From assembly GCF_006345805.1 (NCBI RefSeq), contig NC_043002.1, forward strand, positions 43,896,001 through 43,960,000: DNA of 64,000 bases. Direction: 5' to 3'. Below, in pieces: positions 24,974 to 38,964 of the stretch (its first letter is position 1; each line of letters starts with the position of its first letter). The stretch is from Octopus sinensis (lineage: Eukaryota). The position numbers and the translations under genes were made by a program. A model generated the notes under the pieces. The model was not told the origin of the DNA and did no database searches. It worked only from the letters and a program-made list of their open reading frames with translations.

Positions 24974-26759
24974 TGTGTGTGTGTACAATTGGCCGTTTAC
25001 CCTTGGATCTCATTTACTGCCTAACCCAGAAGTCTTTTCTCTGCAGACCTGCTCAATAGCTAGTCCACAGTAAAAGTCCTTGTTCACAGTTCACCTGTTA
25101 TGAGTTATGCCCTACACCTGCATAAATATTCACATTGCATATCTATTCAGAATAAAAGCATTCTACAATGAGAATCATTAAACTAAATTTTCTCATCTTA
25201 TGTAATATTATGAAACCAATTAGAATTCATTCAAAGTGCATTTATAATTCAAAGCAATGTAAAAATGATTTTTAAAAATGGTTTGAGAGTAAAATTAGTT
25301 TTTTTTTTTTTTTTGTTTAAAGAGGGGAACCAGGAATTTAATTAGATTATTGATGTTGTTGCTATGTTTGTGTGCGTGTTTTTATGTTTGTCCAGAGTCT
25401 AGAAAATCAGGATTTTAGAACCGTGTTGTAGCTTATATTTAGCTCACCTGTATAGCTCTTGTTAAGCTATACATAACAATAACCACAAACAAAAGTGTGT
25501 TGAAGTATCATTTATACCACATTAGCCTTAATGTGTTTAACCATGAACAAGCTACATTTTAGTTAGACATTATCTGTCTAGGATCTACATTATAAAATTT
25601 GTTCTTCCTGTTATAAGATAGTAGGGTATGATTTGAGACATCTGGCTAGCATTTCTAGCATGCTGAGCAACTGCGTAGAGATTCCCTTGATGTCATCATG
25701 TGATTACTTTGATAGAGTATTACTTCTGGTGTTATAATAGATCTTTAGGGTGTTACTGATGCTTTTGGATGTTTGTGAGTGGTTGTTCATGTTATGACAA
25801 ATGGAGTTTGCTATAACACACTGTGATCCTTGCATCACTAGTTGCTTATTTGTTCTAAGTGGTTTTATTTCATTATGTAAATGGAGAAAGGATTGTGATG
25901 ATGTAAAGTGTACCTGTTGTGGTGAGTCTGGAACTGGGAAATAGATCTGATCTAATTCTTTGTAAGTTACTGTTATCATTTCTTTCTGTTGGTCCGATGT
26001 GATGCTCATAAATGCTTTTAACCTTTTAAGCACTTAAACTGGCCACATCTGGCCCAAATAATCCACCTGTTTTCTGTTCAAATTCTTACACCTACCCTAC
26101 AATATCATCCTATAAGTAACAGTCACATCATCAAAATCTTGAAAATACAAAATAATGCATGATTTCTTCAAAACAATGTGAATAAAAAGAATTACATTTG
26201 ATAGAGTAATCTGAATGCTAATTAATTAAGTATATTTATGTATTTTGTTATGTTTCTTTGGAAATCTTTTGTACATGAGGTGTGTTTATGTTTTGTAAGT
26301 GATGATTTTTGGTTTCATTTGTAAGGAGTGTGATTGATTGGGTAGATGCTACTTTTTGTCTGTTTTATGTTTTACTGAATAAGATTGGTTAATTTAAGTT
26401 TCAAACTCACAAATAATTTGATGAGAAAGTATCAAGTTCCCTGTTGATCAGTTCTGAGTTTGAACTGCTGATCAGATTTATAAGCTGACTCATTTTAAGG
26501 TGATAGGAATCAGTTATCTAGAGTAAGGAAAAACATCAGTAAAAAACAAGTTTCAGAAGTAACAAGTTGCAGGCAATGTTGTTGTTGTTGTTGTTGTGTC
26601 CTCCTCCTCCTTCCCCCTCCTCCCAACTTCTCATTAGTGAGATCTAAAATACTCTGGAAAAAAAAATTTGTTTTAGAGACAGCTTTTGCTTTGCTGAGGC
26701 TGTAAACTTTCTAGGAATTTAATGTTGATTTCTACTGTTTATTTTTTTTTTCAATTTAG

Positions 26760-26871
26760 ACTTGGAAATGGCAAACCCACCAATGTAATAACAGATGATG
26801 GAGCAGCCACAGATGAAGAAGAACAGTTCATTTTGGAAGATGCAACTCTACTTCCAAATAAAAATGTCCCT
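26760..26871 (+). CDS. TRAF3IP1: Internal coding exon of a TRAF3IP1/IFT54 (MIP-T3)-like gene: (R)LGNGKPTNVITDDGAATDEEEQFILEDATLLPNKNVP
   Basis: Poly-T tract plus tttag acceptor at 26759 and gtaagt donor at 26872. Length 112 nt, phase 2 in, phase 0 out. The peptide resembles the remembered vertebrate TRAF3IP1 segment RSGSGKTVSNVITE...DDQFVVE. Confidence 0.8.
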
Positions 26872-27491
26872 GTAAGTTTTTGGTTTAAATTATTACATTT
26901 GTTAGACCTTCTATAGTTGCCGTTATCGTATATTTTGAAAGCTTTCTCTTATCTTTTATCTTGTTTCAGTCACTGAATTGTGGCCATGCTGGGGCATGAC
27001 CCTGAAGGATTTTAGTCTGATAGATCAAGCCCAGTATATACTTTTATATGCACATGACAGGCTTCTTTCAGTTTCTATCTAACTAATCTATTCAAAAGGC
27101 TTTGGTCAGCCTGGTGCTATAGTAGAAGACATTTGCCCGAGGTACTATGCAGTGGGACTGAACCTGGAAACATGTGGTTGAGAAAGAAACTTCTTACCTC
27201 ATGGCCATGACGTTATATATGTATAATACTTGTATTTATGTGTCTGTGCATGAACATATGTACACACTCGCACACATACCTGTATTTAATAATGGCAGGT
27301 TTTTCTTTTTAGAACAAATTTGGTGCAATGATTAGGGAACAATATCTATTATTATTTAAAATGTATAAGTATTGCATTTAATTACCATTGTGTATAATGG
27401 AGAAAAAAGAACATTTTAAGATTATATCTTGACAGCTAACATTAATACAATGGATTTCAACTAATTATACACTGTCTTTTTTCCATTTCAG

Positions 27492-27525
27492 TTAAAGACT
27501 GATGAAACTGGAACCATTGAAGATG
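27492..27525 (+). CDS. TRAF3IP1: 34-nt coding exon of the same gene: LKTDETGTIED(G); GC 5' splice site
   Basis: ttttttccatttcag acceptor, open in phase 0, ends G|GCAAGT. Only the GC donor gives phase 1, matching the next exon. Confidence 0.65.
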
Positions 27526-27540
27526 GCAAGTATCACTTCC

Positions 27541-28200
27541 TTAACACTTTAGCTCTCAGATTATACTGTCAGATGCCTTGCTTTATTTATTTGCATTGTT
27601 TTGAATTAATCATGCTTTGTCTTGTAGCTTTCAGGTCTTGATGCTGTGACTGTTTAATTTTAGAATAACATTGTCCAAAATCAAAAAAATCAAAAATCAA
27701 AATCAAAATCGATCTACATCAATGGAAATTGCAGCTGTGATACCAGTGCCGGTGGTACGTAAGAGAAACATCCAAACGTGGCCGTTGCCAGTGCTGCCCT
27801 GACTGGCCTCATGCCAGTGGCACGTGAAAAGCACCATCTGATCGTGGCCTTTGCCAGCCTCGCCTGGCCTCCGTGCCAGTGGCACGTAAAAAGCACCATC
27901 CGATCGTGGCCATTTGCCAGCCTCTTCTGGCACGTAAAAAGCACCCACTACACTCATGGAGTAGTTGGCGTTAGGAAGGGCATCCAGCCGTAGAAACATT
28001 GCCAGATCAGATTAGGCCTGGTGCAGCCTTCTGGCTTCCCAGACCCCAGTTGAACCGTCCAACCCATGCTAGCATGGAAAGCAGACGCTAAATGATGATG
28101 ATGATTGTAGAGTCAGTGTGACAAGCCAGATTTGGCCAGTTTGAACATAGACACAGAATATTTGGGCCAGATATAGCTTGTTTAAATGTAAAGGGCCAAC
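27541..28200. mobile_element. TTAA-type MITE interrupted by an RTE 3' fragment (about 27675-28105, + strand)
   Basis: MITE halves match the 10530/39390 family. The insert has tandem 3'-UTR units and a (GAT)n tail. Confidence 0.75.
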
Positions 28201-28774
28201 ACTTGGTTTGTTTAGCTGTTCTTGACAGCTATGATTTATTATAGTTTCTCATACAGATGTCATTTGAACAGACTTCCTCCATAGCAGTATTTTCTAGTCA
28301 TGAAGAGGGAGGGAGTCATTAAGATGTAGTTTTTGTTTAGTTAAGCATGTGAGATTACCAGAAGTCACCAGTAAGTGTGGAGTAGAAGGATAGCATTTTT
28401 GCTAAGATTGAAAGTTTTGAATGTTGTCTATGCATAGGTGGAGTAAGCTGGTGATTTTGTCTTTGTTTAGTTGAAGGGGATCAGAGAGATATGATTCCAT
28501 TTGTGATTTCTTTTGCAAGGGTTAGCAGGTTTGGCATGAGATGTTTAGATTACATGTGAACAATGTTTGTGTGCAGAAAATTAGGGAGCAGTTAAGGATA
28601 GTATCATCTACATTGGAGTAAATGTTGCCGGAGGTGATGGCAAGAATGTTGCTGGTGCCCCAGCATGGCTACAGTTTAATGACTGAAAAGAGTAAGACTA
28701 AAGATATATATATATATACTTACATATAAGAGACTAAAGTGTATGTACACCGCTATATATGTATATATACAAAA

Positions 28775-29542
28775 AATACAAAATGGGACAAGAACGCAAA
28801 ACATCCAGACAGGTGATACAAAAAAGAGACAACAAAACATCCAGATAGATGATACAAAGAAAACAAGGACGGGTCATTCGGAGTTTTCTTTCCTCAGTGG
28901 AGTTCCAGATTATGTTTGCAATTTCGGCTGGTTGTACTCGAGATTGCTCCAATCTGGCTAGCCCCAAGGAAAAACTAAGCTAAGAGCATTAGATTCCTTA
29001 GAAGAAAGCAGCGAACGTATACAAAAACAAGGATGGAAAAAAAAATGGAGAATATTACACAAATACAAATAACAGGACATAACAACAGGTGTCTTTCGAC
29101 TAAGGACAAATTAAATTAAGCTGGCATATGTGGAAATAAAGCCTTACGGCAGGGATACAAGTTTTCACAGGCATGCTGTAAAGCTTTATTTCCACACATG
29201 CCAGCTTAATTTAATTCGTCCATAGTCGAAAGACACCTGTTGTTATGTCCTGTTATTTGTATTTGTGTAATATTCTCTGTTTTTTTCCCATCCTTGTTTT
29301 CATATACATTCACTGCCTTCTTCCAAGGAATCTAATATGCTCTTAGCTTAGTTTTTCCTTGGGGCTGACCAGATTGGAGCAATCTCGAGTACAACCAGCC
29401 GAAATTGCAAAGATAATCTGTAACTTGACTGAGGAAAGAAAACTCCGAATGACCCATCTTTGTATCGTCTATCTGGATGTTTTGTTGTCCCTTTTTTGTA
29501 TCAGCGAACTGTCTGGATGTTTTGCGTTCTTGTCTCATTTTG

Positions 29543-29546
<4 letters not shown>
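28775..29546. repeat. Long inverted repeat: ~375-bp arms (28775-29151 and 29174-29546), ~22-bp spacer, embedded in (TA)n; probably retroelement terminal sequence
   Basis: The arms are reverse complements with scattered mismatches and indels. Confidence 0.9.
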
Positions 29547-29589
<43 letters not shown>

Positions 29590-30716
29590 GACACACACAC
29601 ACAAAGAGTTCCTGTACTGTTCTATCTCTCAGCTGTCACTCATAAGATAGTAGTCAACCTGAGACTTTATTACAAGACATCTAATTTTCCCTGCTGTAGC
29701 ATCGAACCAGAAACCTCATGGTTGCAGTACAAACTTGTGTGTTTCTCTGTGTATGTGTGTGTACACTCATCATCATCATTTTTATGTGCTCTTTTCACAT
29801 GGAATTCACTGAAGTAGACTTTCTATGGCTGGATGCCCTTCCTGTCACCAATTGTCCTCTATTTCCAAGCAAGATCATATTTTTCCATGCCCAGATGTTT
29901 CCACAGAAAGTTTGAAATAAATAAATCTGCTTCTAATATTGTCACTTGTTTACAACTATTGTGTGACATCAAGACAAAAAGACACAAATGCATACTTACC
30001 CTTGCATGCACACAAACACATAAAAGGCATTTCACCTTTTCTTACAACCAAATTCACTCATAAAGCTTTTGGTTGGCCCAGAGCTAAAGTAGAAGGCACT
30101 TTACCATGGTCACACATGGTTGGACTGAACTCAAAACCATGTAGTTGGGAAGCAAACTTCCTAACCACATAACCATGGCTGTAGCTTTCTCCTTATAAAT
30201 AGTTATTTACAAAACAGGTATCTATATCTTGACAACTGTGAATAAGTTTTGGAACAATAATGATTTGTATTTGTTTGTTTTTTGTATGTTTTGTTTTCAT
30301 CATGATAAATAAACACACCTGCTCTAAAAAGCAGGTAAGCTAGTGCAACTGTCAACAAACAACCTACTAAAATGTTATGCTATAAAAAACATGATAGTAA
30401 TAATCCAACATAAAAGGATATTGAAATTACAGGTGCATTAGGCAATTGTCGTCATAAAAAATTTCTTAGTTAATGTGTTTGTGCTTTTATAAAAGAATTC
30501 ATATAATTGTCAAATAAGTTACAACATACACACACACATGTATCTATGTATATATTGTCATTATCTTCAAGAATGGCAAGTATGGAAAGTTTCTATACAT
30601 TTTCCATACCGGCCATCCTTGAGGAGCATATGTCCAGTTACCTAACATTCAGTGTGAAACTGGTATGATCAGCTGTAGTGGATTTATAATACTGTATACT
30701 CCTATTAGCATGTGTG

Positions 30717-30755
<39 letters not shown>

Positions 30756-30804
30756 AACCCATGCTAGCATGGAAAACGGACGCTAAATGATGATGATGAT
30801 GATG

Positions 30805-31013
30805 TGTGTGTATGTGTGTGTGTCTGTGTTTGTCCCCTCACCATCGCTTGACAACCGATGCTGGTGTGTTCACATCCCCGTAACTTAGCAGTTCGGCAAA
30901 AGTGACCGATAGGATAAGTACTCGGCTTACAAAGAATTAGCCCTGGGATCGATTTGTACGACTAAAGGCGGTGCTCCAGCATGGCTGCAGTCAAATGACT
31001 GAAACAAGTAAAA

Positions 31014-31015
<2 letters not shown>
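30805..31015 (+). mobile_element. 3' half of SINE family A, preceded by a short RTE tail (30752-30803)
   Basis: Matches 17700-17900. Confidence 0.82.
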
Positions 31016-31056
<41 letters not shown>

Positions 31057-31769
31057 CTTGCCAACAAGCTATGGATATGTAATTCATGTTTGGTTGGTGA
31101 CCTTTTCTTCTTTGTTTGTCTGAAATTATGACTTATTTTGTCTAATTAAAATCTTAGTCATTAATTTCAGATTTGTTCATTTTGGTTACAAATATTAAAT
31201 TAGGATTTAATACTACCAAGCTAATACTAAGTAGCTGACTTATCTTCCTGAAAGCAAGCAGGATACTTGTGGAGATTCAACAGTGTAGTTGGCTATATCA
31301 CAGATAACCATTTTCTAGTATCTATCTTGGCTTTAATAACTGGTTGAAATTAGATAATGATAACTGGTAACAGATGTTGTTTGGTAATCGACATAGACAG
31401 GTTATCTGAGTAATGTGAGTGAGCTTGAGGTTCTTTCCCTAATTGGTGCTTATGATATTCAACATCATTTGTACCTGCACATGTGTATGTGTGTGTGTTT
31501 GTATACAAGTGTGTGTGTGTATGTGTATATATGTGTGTCTGTATGCAAATGTATATTTGTTTGTGCGTGTGCACATACATATATCTGTGTGCCTGTGTGT
31601 TTATTTACATTCGTGCATCTCTGAAAATCAGGAGCTACAAATGGCGGTGTTGTATTTTTTGTTATCAATAAATAGGTTTTATGGCTATGGAGATAAATGG
31701 GATAAGGGTTCCCTGATCTGAATAACTAGTATTGTTTAGCCACAGGATGGGTGTCCAGCTGGAAATTTA

Positions 31770-32170
31770 TGTCTCAGTAATGCTTTCCAAGCTAGCTTCA
31801 AAAGAGGACCTTGGAAAGGAAAATATATATGTATGTGAGAGAGAGATAGTGAGTGAGAGAAAGTTGTGCTTGAGTCCTGTTGCTTTTAAATAAAGAATTA
31901 TGTCATCAGCATAAGAGTGGGTGTTGTTGCATGTGGTAGCAAGTTGTAAGGTCATTGATGTAACGAAAGAAGAAAAAAGGAGGCAAAATCAAACCCTGTG
32001 AGGCACCAGAGTTGGTTGAGAGTGGGGCAGAAAGAGTTCTGTCAACACATGCTACAAATGATGTGATACAATAGGAAGCAGTATTAGTCCAAGGGATGAA
32101 AGATGGGTGGAACCCATAAAGAGAAAGTTTTGACTGGAGATTTGCATGCCAAACATGGTTAACTGTTTTG
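31770..32170 (-). mobile_element. CR1/Jockey-group LINE RT relic
   Basis: VWHANLQSKLSLYG...NSGASQGLILPP...YINDL...HSYADD. Confidence 0.7.
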
Positions 32171-32959
32171 ATACGAACCTGCCTGGTTCTATGATATAAA
32201 CTTCTTGTTTTAAAGTGAACTAATTTAAAAACATACATCAAAACAATATTAATTTATATATCAAAAATGAGGTTAATAGTAACACACAATTATTTTATTA
32301 AATACTCTGTTATTTTCAAAGTTAATTGAAAACAAAATCAGTGTGAAGCAACAACACTGGTCTCACCAAACTTCTCTTAAGTGCAAGCCCGTTAACATGT
32401 CACATAAGGGAGCAGGTCTTTTAAGAAGCCTCACTGGTAGTCTCTGAGAAATGAGAGAATTTGAAAGTATTTGAGTTGGTTATTGTTATTGACCATTTTC
32501 ATTACCTTGTTATGTAACAACCTGAAATGTTCTGTTTTTCTTGTTATAAGAACCACCTGTTTTCAGTATTAAATTTCTAATCTTTATTTTTGTCAAAGAT
32601 GTGATAGAACTTCCTTACATTATGTTGTCTGTAGATATAACTCAGCTGCATTTCAAATCTCTCAAAAACTTAAAATTAATATTTTAAGTTTTTTTTTTTC
32701 CTTTTTTATTATTTCTTTTTCTCTTTCTTTTCTTTTTTTTTTTGGCATATTGGAAAATATAATTGATTATTTAAAAACATTTAAATATGCAATTGTTAAA
32801 ACTTTAAACTTGAGGTAACTTTATGTCCAAATTGTCATAAAATTAATAATTCTAACTATTTAAGGTGAAAAGTTTATATGATATGATAACAGTTGTGATT
32901 GAAATAAATATTACCTGAGTTGGTCAACAATAATAGGAACTCACTCAATTTTCTGTCTC

Positions 32960-33950
32960 TGAAGTATTAGTGGTAAAAGCTCTCAATGAGTCCGTACCAT
33001 TGGAAGTTGAGACAAATGTATCAGATGCAGTGTTTGTAGTCTTTCTCATTTAAAACAATTGCCTGGTTTCTTTAGATGAAAACACCATGCTTTGACTGAA
33101 AAGGAAACTCAGTCTATTAATGAAACCTCTTGTCACTGGCACCACTACCTGATAAATAGGCATTTCACTATAGAGACTGACCAGTATTCAATAAGCTTCA
33201 TGCTTCATAAATATTGTAGGAATAAGATAAATGATGGCAAGTATTACATTGGGGAACGGAGATATCACATAACAACTTTAGTATCAGCCTGCTGAACATA
33301 ATGTTGTTCCCTGTGTATTTTCCAAATCATATTGCAGAGTGACATTTTATGATCACTGATCTCTTGTCAAAATTCATAATGTATTGTGCCACCCAGGGAT
33401 TATTCTTTTGCACTACTGTGAGATGTTAAATATGAATTTCTCATTAGCAAAGGAATTTGGTGTAGTGGACCCCTGAGCTATAATCCTCAAAGTTATGATG
33501 GCAAGTTGGAGAATTTAGTGGAGGAATTTGAAAAATAGTTGCCTACTAGTTACTAGTAAACTACCGCTTACTGCTCACAGCTAGTATTATGCATCCTCAT
33601 ATTATTCTCAATGCCTCATTGCTCTTCCACAGGGACCTCAGTGTCTTTGTGGTTGTGTAGTCCTGGATCAGTTCTGTTGAGACAACACAATTACATACAC
33701 AAAACAGCTCATTGGTTGATGAACAAGAGCTCTTACACATGAACCTTTGCTACACTCATGTTCTCTATACCTGGTGGCAAACAGAGTAGAGCCTGTTTTG
33801 GCATTAATAATACCAATATAAACTACTTCCAAGAATGAGATTCAAACACTGCTTGAAATTAGTTATGGAGACAGGTTGATCAGAGAAGCAACTGTGTATC
33901 TAAGAAGATGAAGTGGTCCCTGATCAGTCATTGATGAGCCTTTGACGATT
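32960..33950 (+). mobile_element. Degenerate Ty3/gypsy pol relic (RNase H and integrase)
   Basis: PLEVETNVSDA, EKETQSI...WHHYLINRHFTIETDQ, KIHNVLCHPGI, YNPQ. Confidence 0.72.
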
Positions 33951-34533
33951 GCTCTGAGGAAGATAGTGCTGTTCTAGCATCCTGCCAGTCATTTGGATTT
34001 GTGGATTGAAAATATTATGAAAGATGAAAAATCTCAGTAAAACCATTGAAAGTTATAGAAATGATTTGAACCAAATTACTACATTATTTTATTATAAAAA
34101 TAATTCCATAGTATGATACATATGCTGTCTTTTGTACTGATTGGAAATTTTTTTAAATCATGGTGGAGTTGCCATCCGTTGTTACAAACAAACGTGGATT
34201 GTGACACATTTATAGTATATATAATGCAGCTCAATGTAGTGATATATACAACATATCACCCACCAGATCCCTAAATCATGGTGGAAACTTTGAAGATAGT
34301 TTTAATAATATAAAAGAAATCATGAATAAATTGGATCAACCTGACCTCATCATTAGCCTGCTCATGGAACAAAATTCTTCTAACCAATAATAAGCACTAA
34401 ATTTTTAATTTAAAAATAATATACAACTTGTTGACAATGTGAAACTGAGTCTAACAACCTTTTCTTTTAATAACATTGTTGAAATAACAATTAAAGACAA
34501 AAACTTCGTAAAAAGTACTTAAGTTCTAATCAT

Positions 34534-34699
34534 AGGCGATGGAGTGGCTGTGTGGTAAGTAGCTTGCTAACCAACCACATGGTTCCGGGTTCAGTCTCAC
34601 TGCATGGCATCTTGGGCAAGTGTCTTCTACTATAGCCTCGGGCCGACCGAAGCCTTGTGAGTGGATTTGGTAGACGGAAACTGAAAGAAGCCCGTTGTA

Positions 34700-34753
<54 letters not shown>

Positions 34754-34990
34754 ATATATATATATGCGTGTGTGTGTTGTGTGTCTGTGATTGTCCCCCT
34801 AGCATTGCTTGACAACCGATGCTGGTGTGTTTATGTCCCCGTTACTTAGCGGTTCAGCAAAAGAGACCGATAGAATAAGTACTAGGCTTACAAAAGAATA
34901 AGTCCCGGGGTCGAGTTGCTCGATTAAAGGCGGTGTTCCAGCATGGCCACAGTCAAATGACTGAAACAAGTAAAAGAGTAAAAGAGAGTG
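34534..34990 (+). mobile_element. Full-length SINE family A with expanded internal (TA)n
   Basis: Colinear with 17514-17910. Confidence 0.9.
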
Positions 34991-35199
34991 AGAATTTCTA
35001 GAATTCAATTTGGAAATATATGTACAAACTCAGCTGGTGCTAGATTCTCATTATGCCAGACAATGGATGTGAAGCTGAAGCAATTTATATCAACAATGAA
35101 AACTATATGCATTAATATGCGTCAGAAAACTAAAGTTCACTGAAATATCATCTCCAGAGATAGGGGAAAAAAATCTCATGAGATGAAGTGTATTGGGTG

Positions 35200-35530
35200 C
35201 CCTTCATGTGGTGTCAACAAGGGAGCTTTTTACATGGCACCAGCACAGGTGTGTTTTATAGAGTGTCAGTACAGGTGATCTTTACATGGTGCCAATGTTG
35301 GTGCTTTTTTCATGATGTCAGCATGAATGTCTTTTATATGACACCAGCTTGGGTGTTTTTTTTATGTGGCACAAACATAGTTGCTCTTTGCATTATGCCA
35401 TCTCAGTGCTCAGAGATGCTGTTTGTATATTTGTACACGGTGCTCTTTTTACATTTGTACACGGTGCTTGGAGATGCTGTTTGTAAACATAATACAGTTG
35501 TACATGTGTGTTTTTACATGGATAAAAGTG
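35200..35530. repeat. Degenerate ~28-30-bp tandem repeat (ttttacatggcaccagcac-like), related to RTE 3'-UTR units in reverse
   Basis: Recurring gtg(c)ttttta(c)atg motifs. Confidence 0.55.
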
Positions 35531-36019
35531 TCATAATACACTTCAGTGGAGAAAGAATCAACATTGGAACATACACGTAATATTGTAAATGGAAATGAAG
35601 AATCAACTTGGTCAAAAAATGGATTTTACTGTGGAAACAAAAAAAAGTAATGGAATGTGTGTCAATAAAGAGGAATTTACTGAGAAGACAGCATCTACTA
35701 ACAATGAAACAGGGATCATTTGGAAAAGTTCTGAAGATGATGAAGATAACTAATGTGGGGAAAAAAAAACAAGAAATTTGAAAATGCTCTTAGAGAAGAT
35801 ACTGCTGGTAAGAAAGTGGGAAAGAGAAAGTAATGAAGCCTATTGACCAGGAGTGAAAAGAGTGATTATTCTCAAAAGAGAGAAGACTGAAACGCAAGGC
35901 AAACTAATACAACACAAGGGTCTGTTTAAATAGATGAAAATCTTAAATTTAAAAACAAAACAGTGATATTAAAAGGAACATTTTAAAATGGATATTATAA
36001 ATAATAGACATGTTACTAA

Positions 36020-36409
36020 TCTATATATATAAAGCTGAAGTTGTCTGTGTGTGGCAGGTTTGGTAGCCTTCAACTAACACTATCTCCTCCGAGACCCTGC
36101 GGCACAAGTTGACCAAAATTGAGAGTATGATAGAAGAAGGCTTCCTCTTCATTCCGTAGAAGACAAAATTCAAATTGGACCATGTTAAGACCAAAAATTA
36201 TTTACATCAAAAAGGTGCTTTTTTTCTATGAAAATCCCTATTTTTTACGATATTTTGACTGCTGTGTTGCCATTTTTTGGTGTATTTCAACCATAAAAAT
36301 GTTCACTTAAAGAAAATAACAAGCTACATAATGCAAAATTTTTGCTTTTCAAAAATTCCAATTCTAAAGGGTCGAAACAAACCCGAGCAACGCTGGGCGA
36401 TACTGCTAG
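36020..36409 (+). mobile_element. Non-autonomous Helitron
   Basis: a|TCtatatatataaa start, subterminal hairpin cccgagcaacgctggg, CTAG|t end, no TSD. Confidence 0.8.
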
Positions 36410-38964
36410 TTACAGAATAAAACTGAACAAATCATCTATTATGAATTAGAATACTACATATTTGTTTGCACGATGTTATTCAGTGTTTAACTGAGGAACT
36501 TTGGAAGGCTTTTAGAAAATAATGTTAAGCAAGTTCTGATTGATTCTGTGAGCAAGATGATGCCACCAAGACTAAGGAATTTGCGAAACATTTTAATATA
36601 TTGACAGCGTCTGTGGATCTCTTATTTTGAATGAAAGAAATGAAAATAACCAGTTGTGCTAGACATTCCAAAGACTCTGTTAAACCATTAGAATCATTTT
36701 TATTTTTAAAAAACAAATCTTCATAATCATATTTTAGGAGATAATTCTGTATTCACCCAGGTAGAAGGAAATACATTTGATAAACTCATCACTGAGATAT
36801 ATGTTTGGCATGTCAGCAGGGTAAGAAAAAAAAGACACTCCAAATCTTAAGAGACCTAAATTAATTGACAGTATTGCTCTTAAAATTGCATTGTTCTTGT
36901 GATGGTTTTTTTTACCAGATTCTTTTTCAGTTTGTCAGGCAGCAGTACCTTAGGAGTCAATAGTGCTTCTTTTTGATACCACTATCTGTTTTTTACTGTA
37001 GAATTGGTAGTCCTGTCTTTATCAGTTATAAGCCAAAAACTTTGTGGCTTATAACTTCTTGCTTACAGACTAAAAAGTTCTCCTTTTTGTCTAAGGCCTC
37101 AATTTTAAGAGCATACACAATGGCATACATAAATGTGCAAGTTTTCTTTAGCATTCCTTAACCAAGCATGTGTGCATGTGCTATTAGTATAATTGTTTAG
37201 TGTACAAGCTTGCATATTTATGTATGTCATTGTTTGAATATATAGACAAATAATCTGTCTTTTCATGCAAGACGATTAATGGTTTACCGTTAAGAATGTA
37301 AGAAAATGGATTCATGATTTTCTTCTTTCTTTTTTTTTTTCATCTTTTAAATTGAAACAAAACTATGGATCTTCTAATTTTCTTTCTAATGTTTTGTGAT
37401 GCATTCGGCTAACCTTCCTTTGCTTCATTATAGCAAAACCTGCTGCCACTCCATTTGAAGTGAAGGAAATACAAGTGCCTTAGATATAATCTCTTTGTAT
37501 AGGGTTCTCTGATGTTCTTGGGTGGAGAAAGAAAATAAACAAACAAAATTAATGATAATGTTCAATGAGATATAAGCTCATTTGAAGTTCAGTTCTTGGT
37601 TCTATTTCTCAGTCAATAAATGAAACATTTCATCTCATTTTAGGTGATTATACAATCTAATACATGTATATTATGTATATTATGGTAAAAAAGTACACAT
37701 ACACTGACATGTCTTGATATTGGCAGAGATATAACTGTGTACTAACACAGTTTGCTTTGCAACCACCTAATTATAGCCACAGTGACAGGTATGTGGTTAT
37801 TAAGTTCACTTCACAGCCACATGGTTTCAGGTTCAGTTTTAGTGCATCACATCTCAGGCAAGTGTTTCGTACTAAAACCTAAGGCCAACCATTGGAATTC
37901 ATTCACATAAACTGTACCAAAGGCCATAATGTGTGTGTGTATGATGATGATGATCATCATCATTGTTTTAGCATCTATTTTTCCATGCTAGCATAGGTCA
38001 AACAGATTTGAGGCAGATTTTCTATGGTCAGATGTTCTTCCTGTCACCACAATCCCTCACCTGTTTCCAAGTAAAGTAATATTTCCTCATCATCAAATAT
38101 GTTTTCACAAAATATTGGAAATGAATGCTACTGGTTGTATGACAGTTACAAACAGTTTATAGCTATAGTAGAACACACTTACTCAAGGGGCCACACAGTG
38201 GGACTGAACCTACACAGCCCTGTGTGTGTGTCTTCATTCTCCAGTAAAAAAATGTTCAGCTGACATGTGCGGGCCATTGGAATGAAAATAACCTTACTTG
38301 GAAAACAAGTGGCTGGTAATAGGAGGATTGTCTGGCCACAGAAAATTTGCCTCAATGAGTTTCAAGGAACCCAGACCAACATGGAAACGTGAACATAAAA
38401 ATGATTATGATGGTATGATTATGATGCTATGTAGATGGAGACTGAAAGAAGCCATTGTGCGTGTGTGTGTGTGTGTGTGTGTGTGAGTCCTTATACTAAT
38501 AGTATTCTCAAATTGAAGCCCCATTTTTGTCATATTAGAGGTGGGTGACATTGTTTGCAATTTTCTGTGAAAACATATCTAGAAAAGAGAAAAATATTAC
38601 TTCACTTGGAAATATTATCTGACCCATGCAAACATGGCAAAGTAGACATTAGTATGAGAACACACAATGATGATGACAATGACAGCATTGACAATGATGG
38701 TGATGGTGGTGACGTTTATGCAAAGTTGGGTTTGCATGAATCACTATTGCAAATTTCTCATTTCTTTTGGAGACTAACTCTGTTATCCTTTTGAGGCTTT
38801 TGTGGCAGGATAGACAGCTAGAATAACTCCGTTCAAAAGACACTGATCGGGTTATCTTGACAATAAAAAACTATCCTAGCTACATACATTGTTAGAAGTT
38901 TTTATGTGCTACAAGTAGAAAAAGCTGTGAGAACTTTACCAAAAGTATTTAGATGTTTTTCTTA

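Noticed and set aside
29380-29460. Hammerhead in the inverted-repeat arms (ctgagga...ccgaat)
   Set aside because: There is no GAAA after a stem II and no consistent stems I and III.
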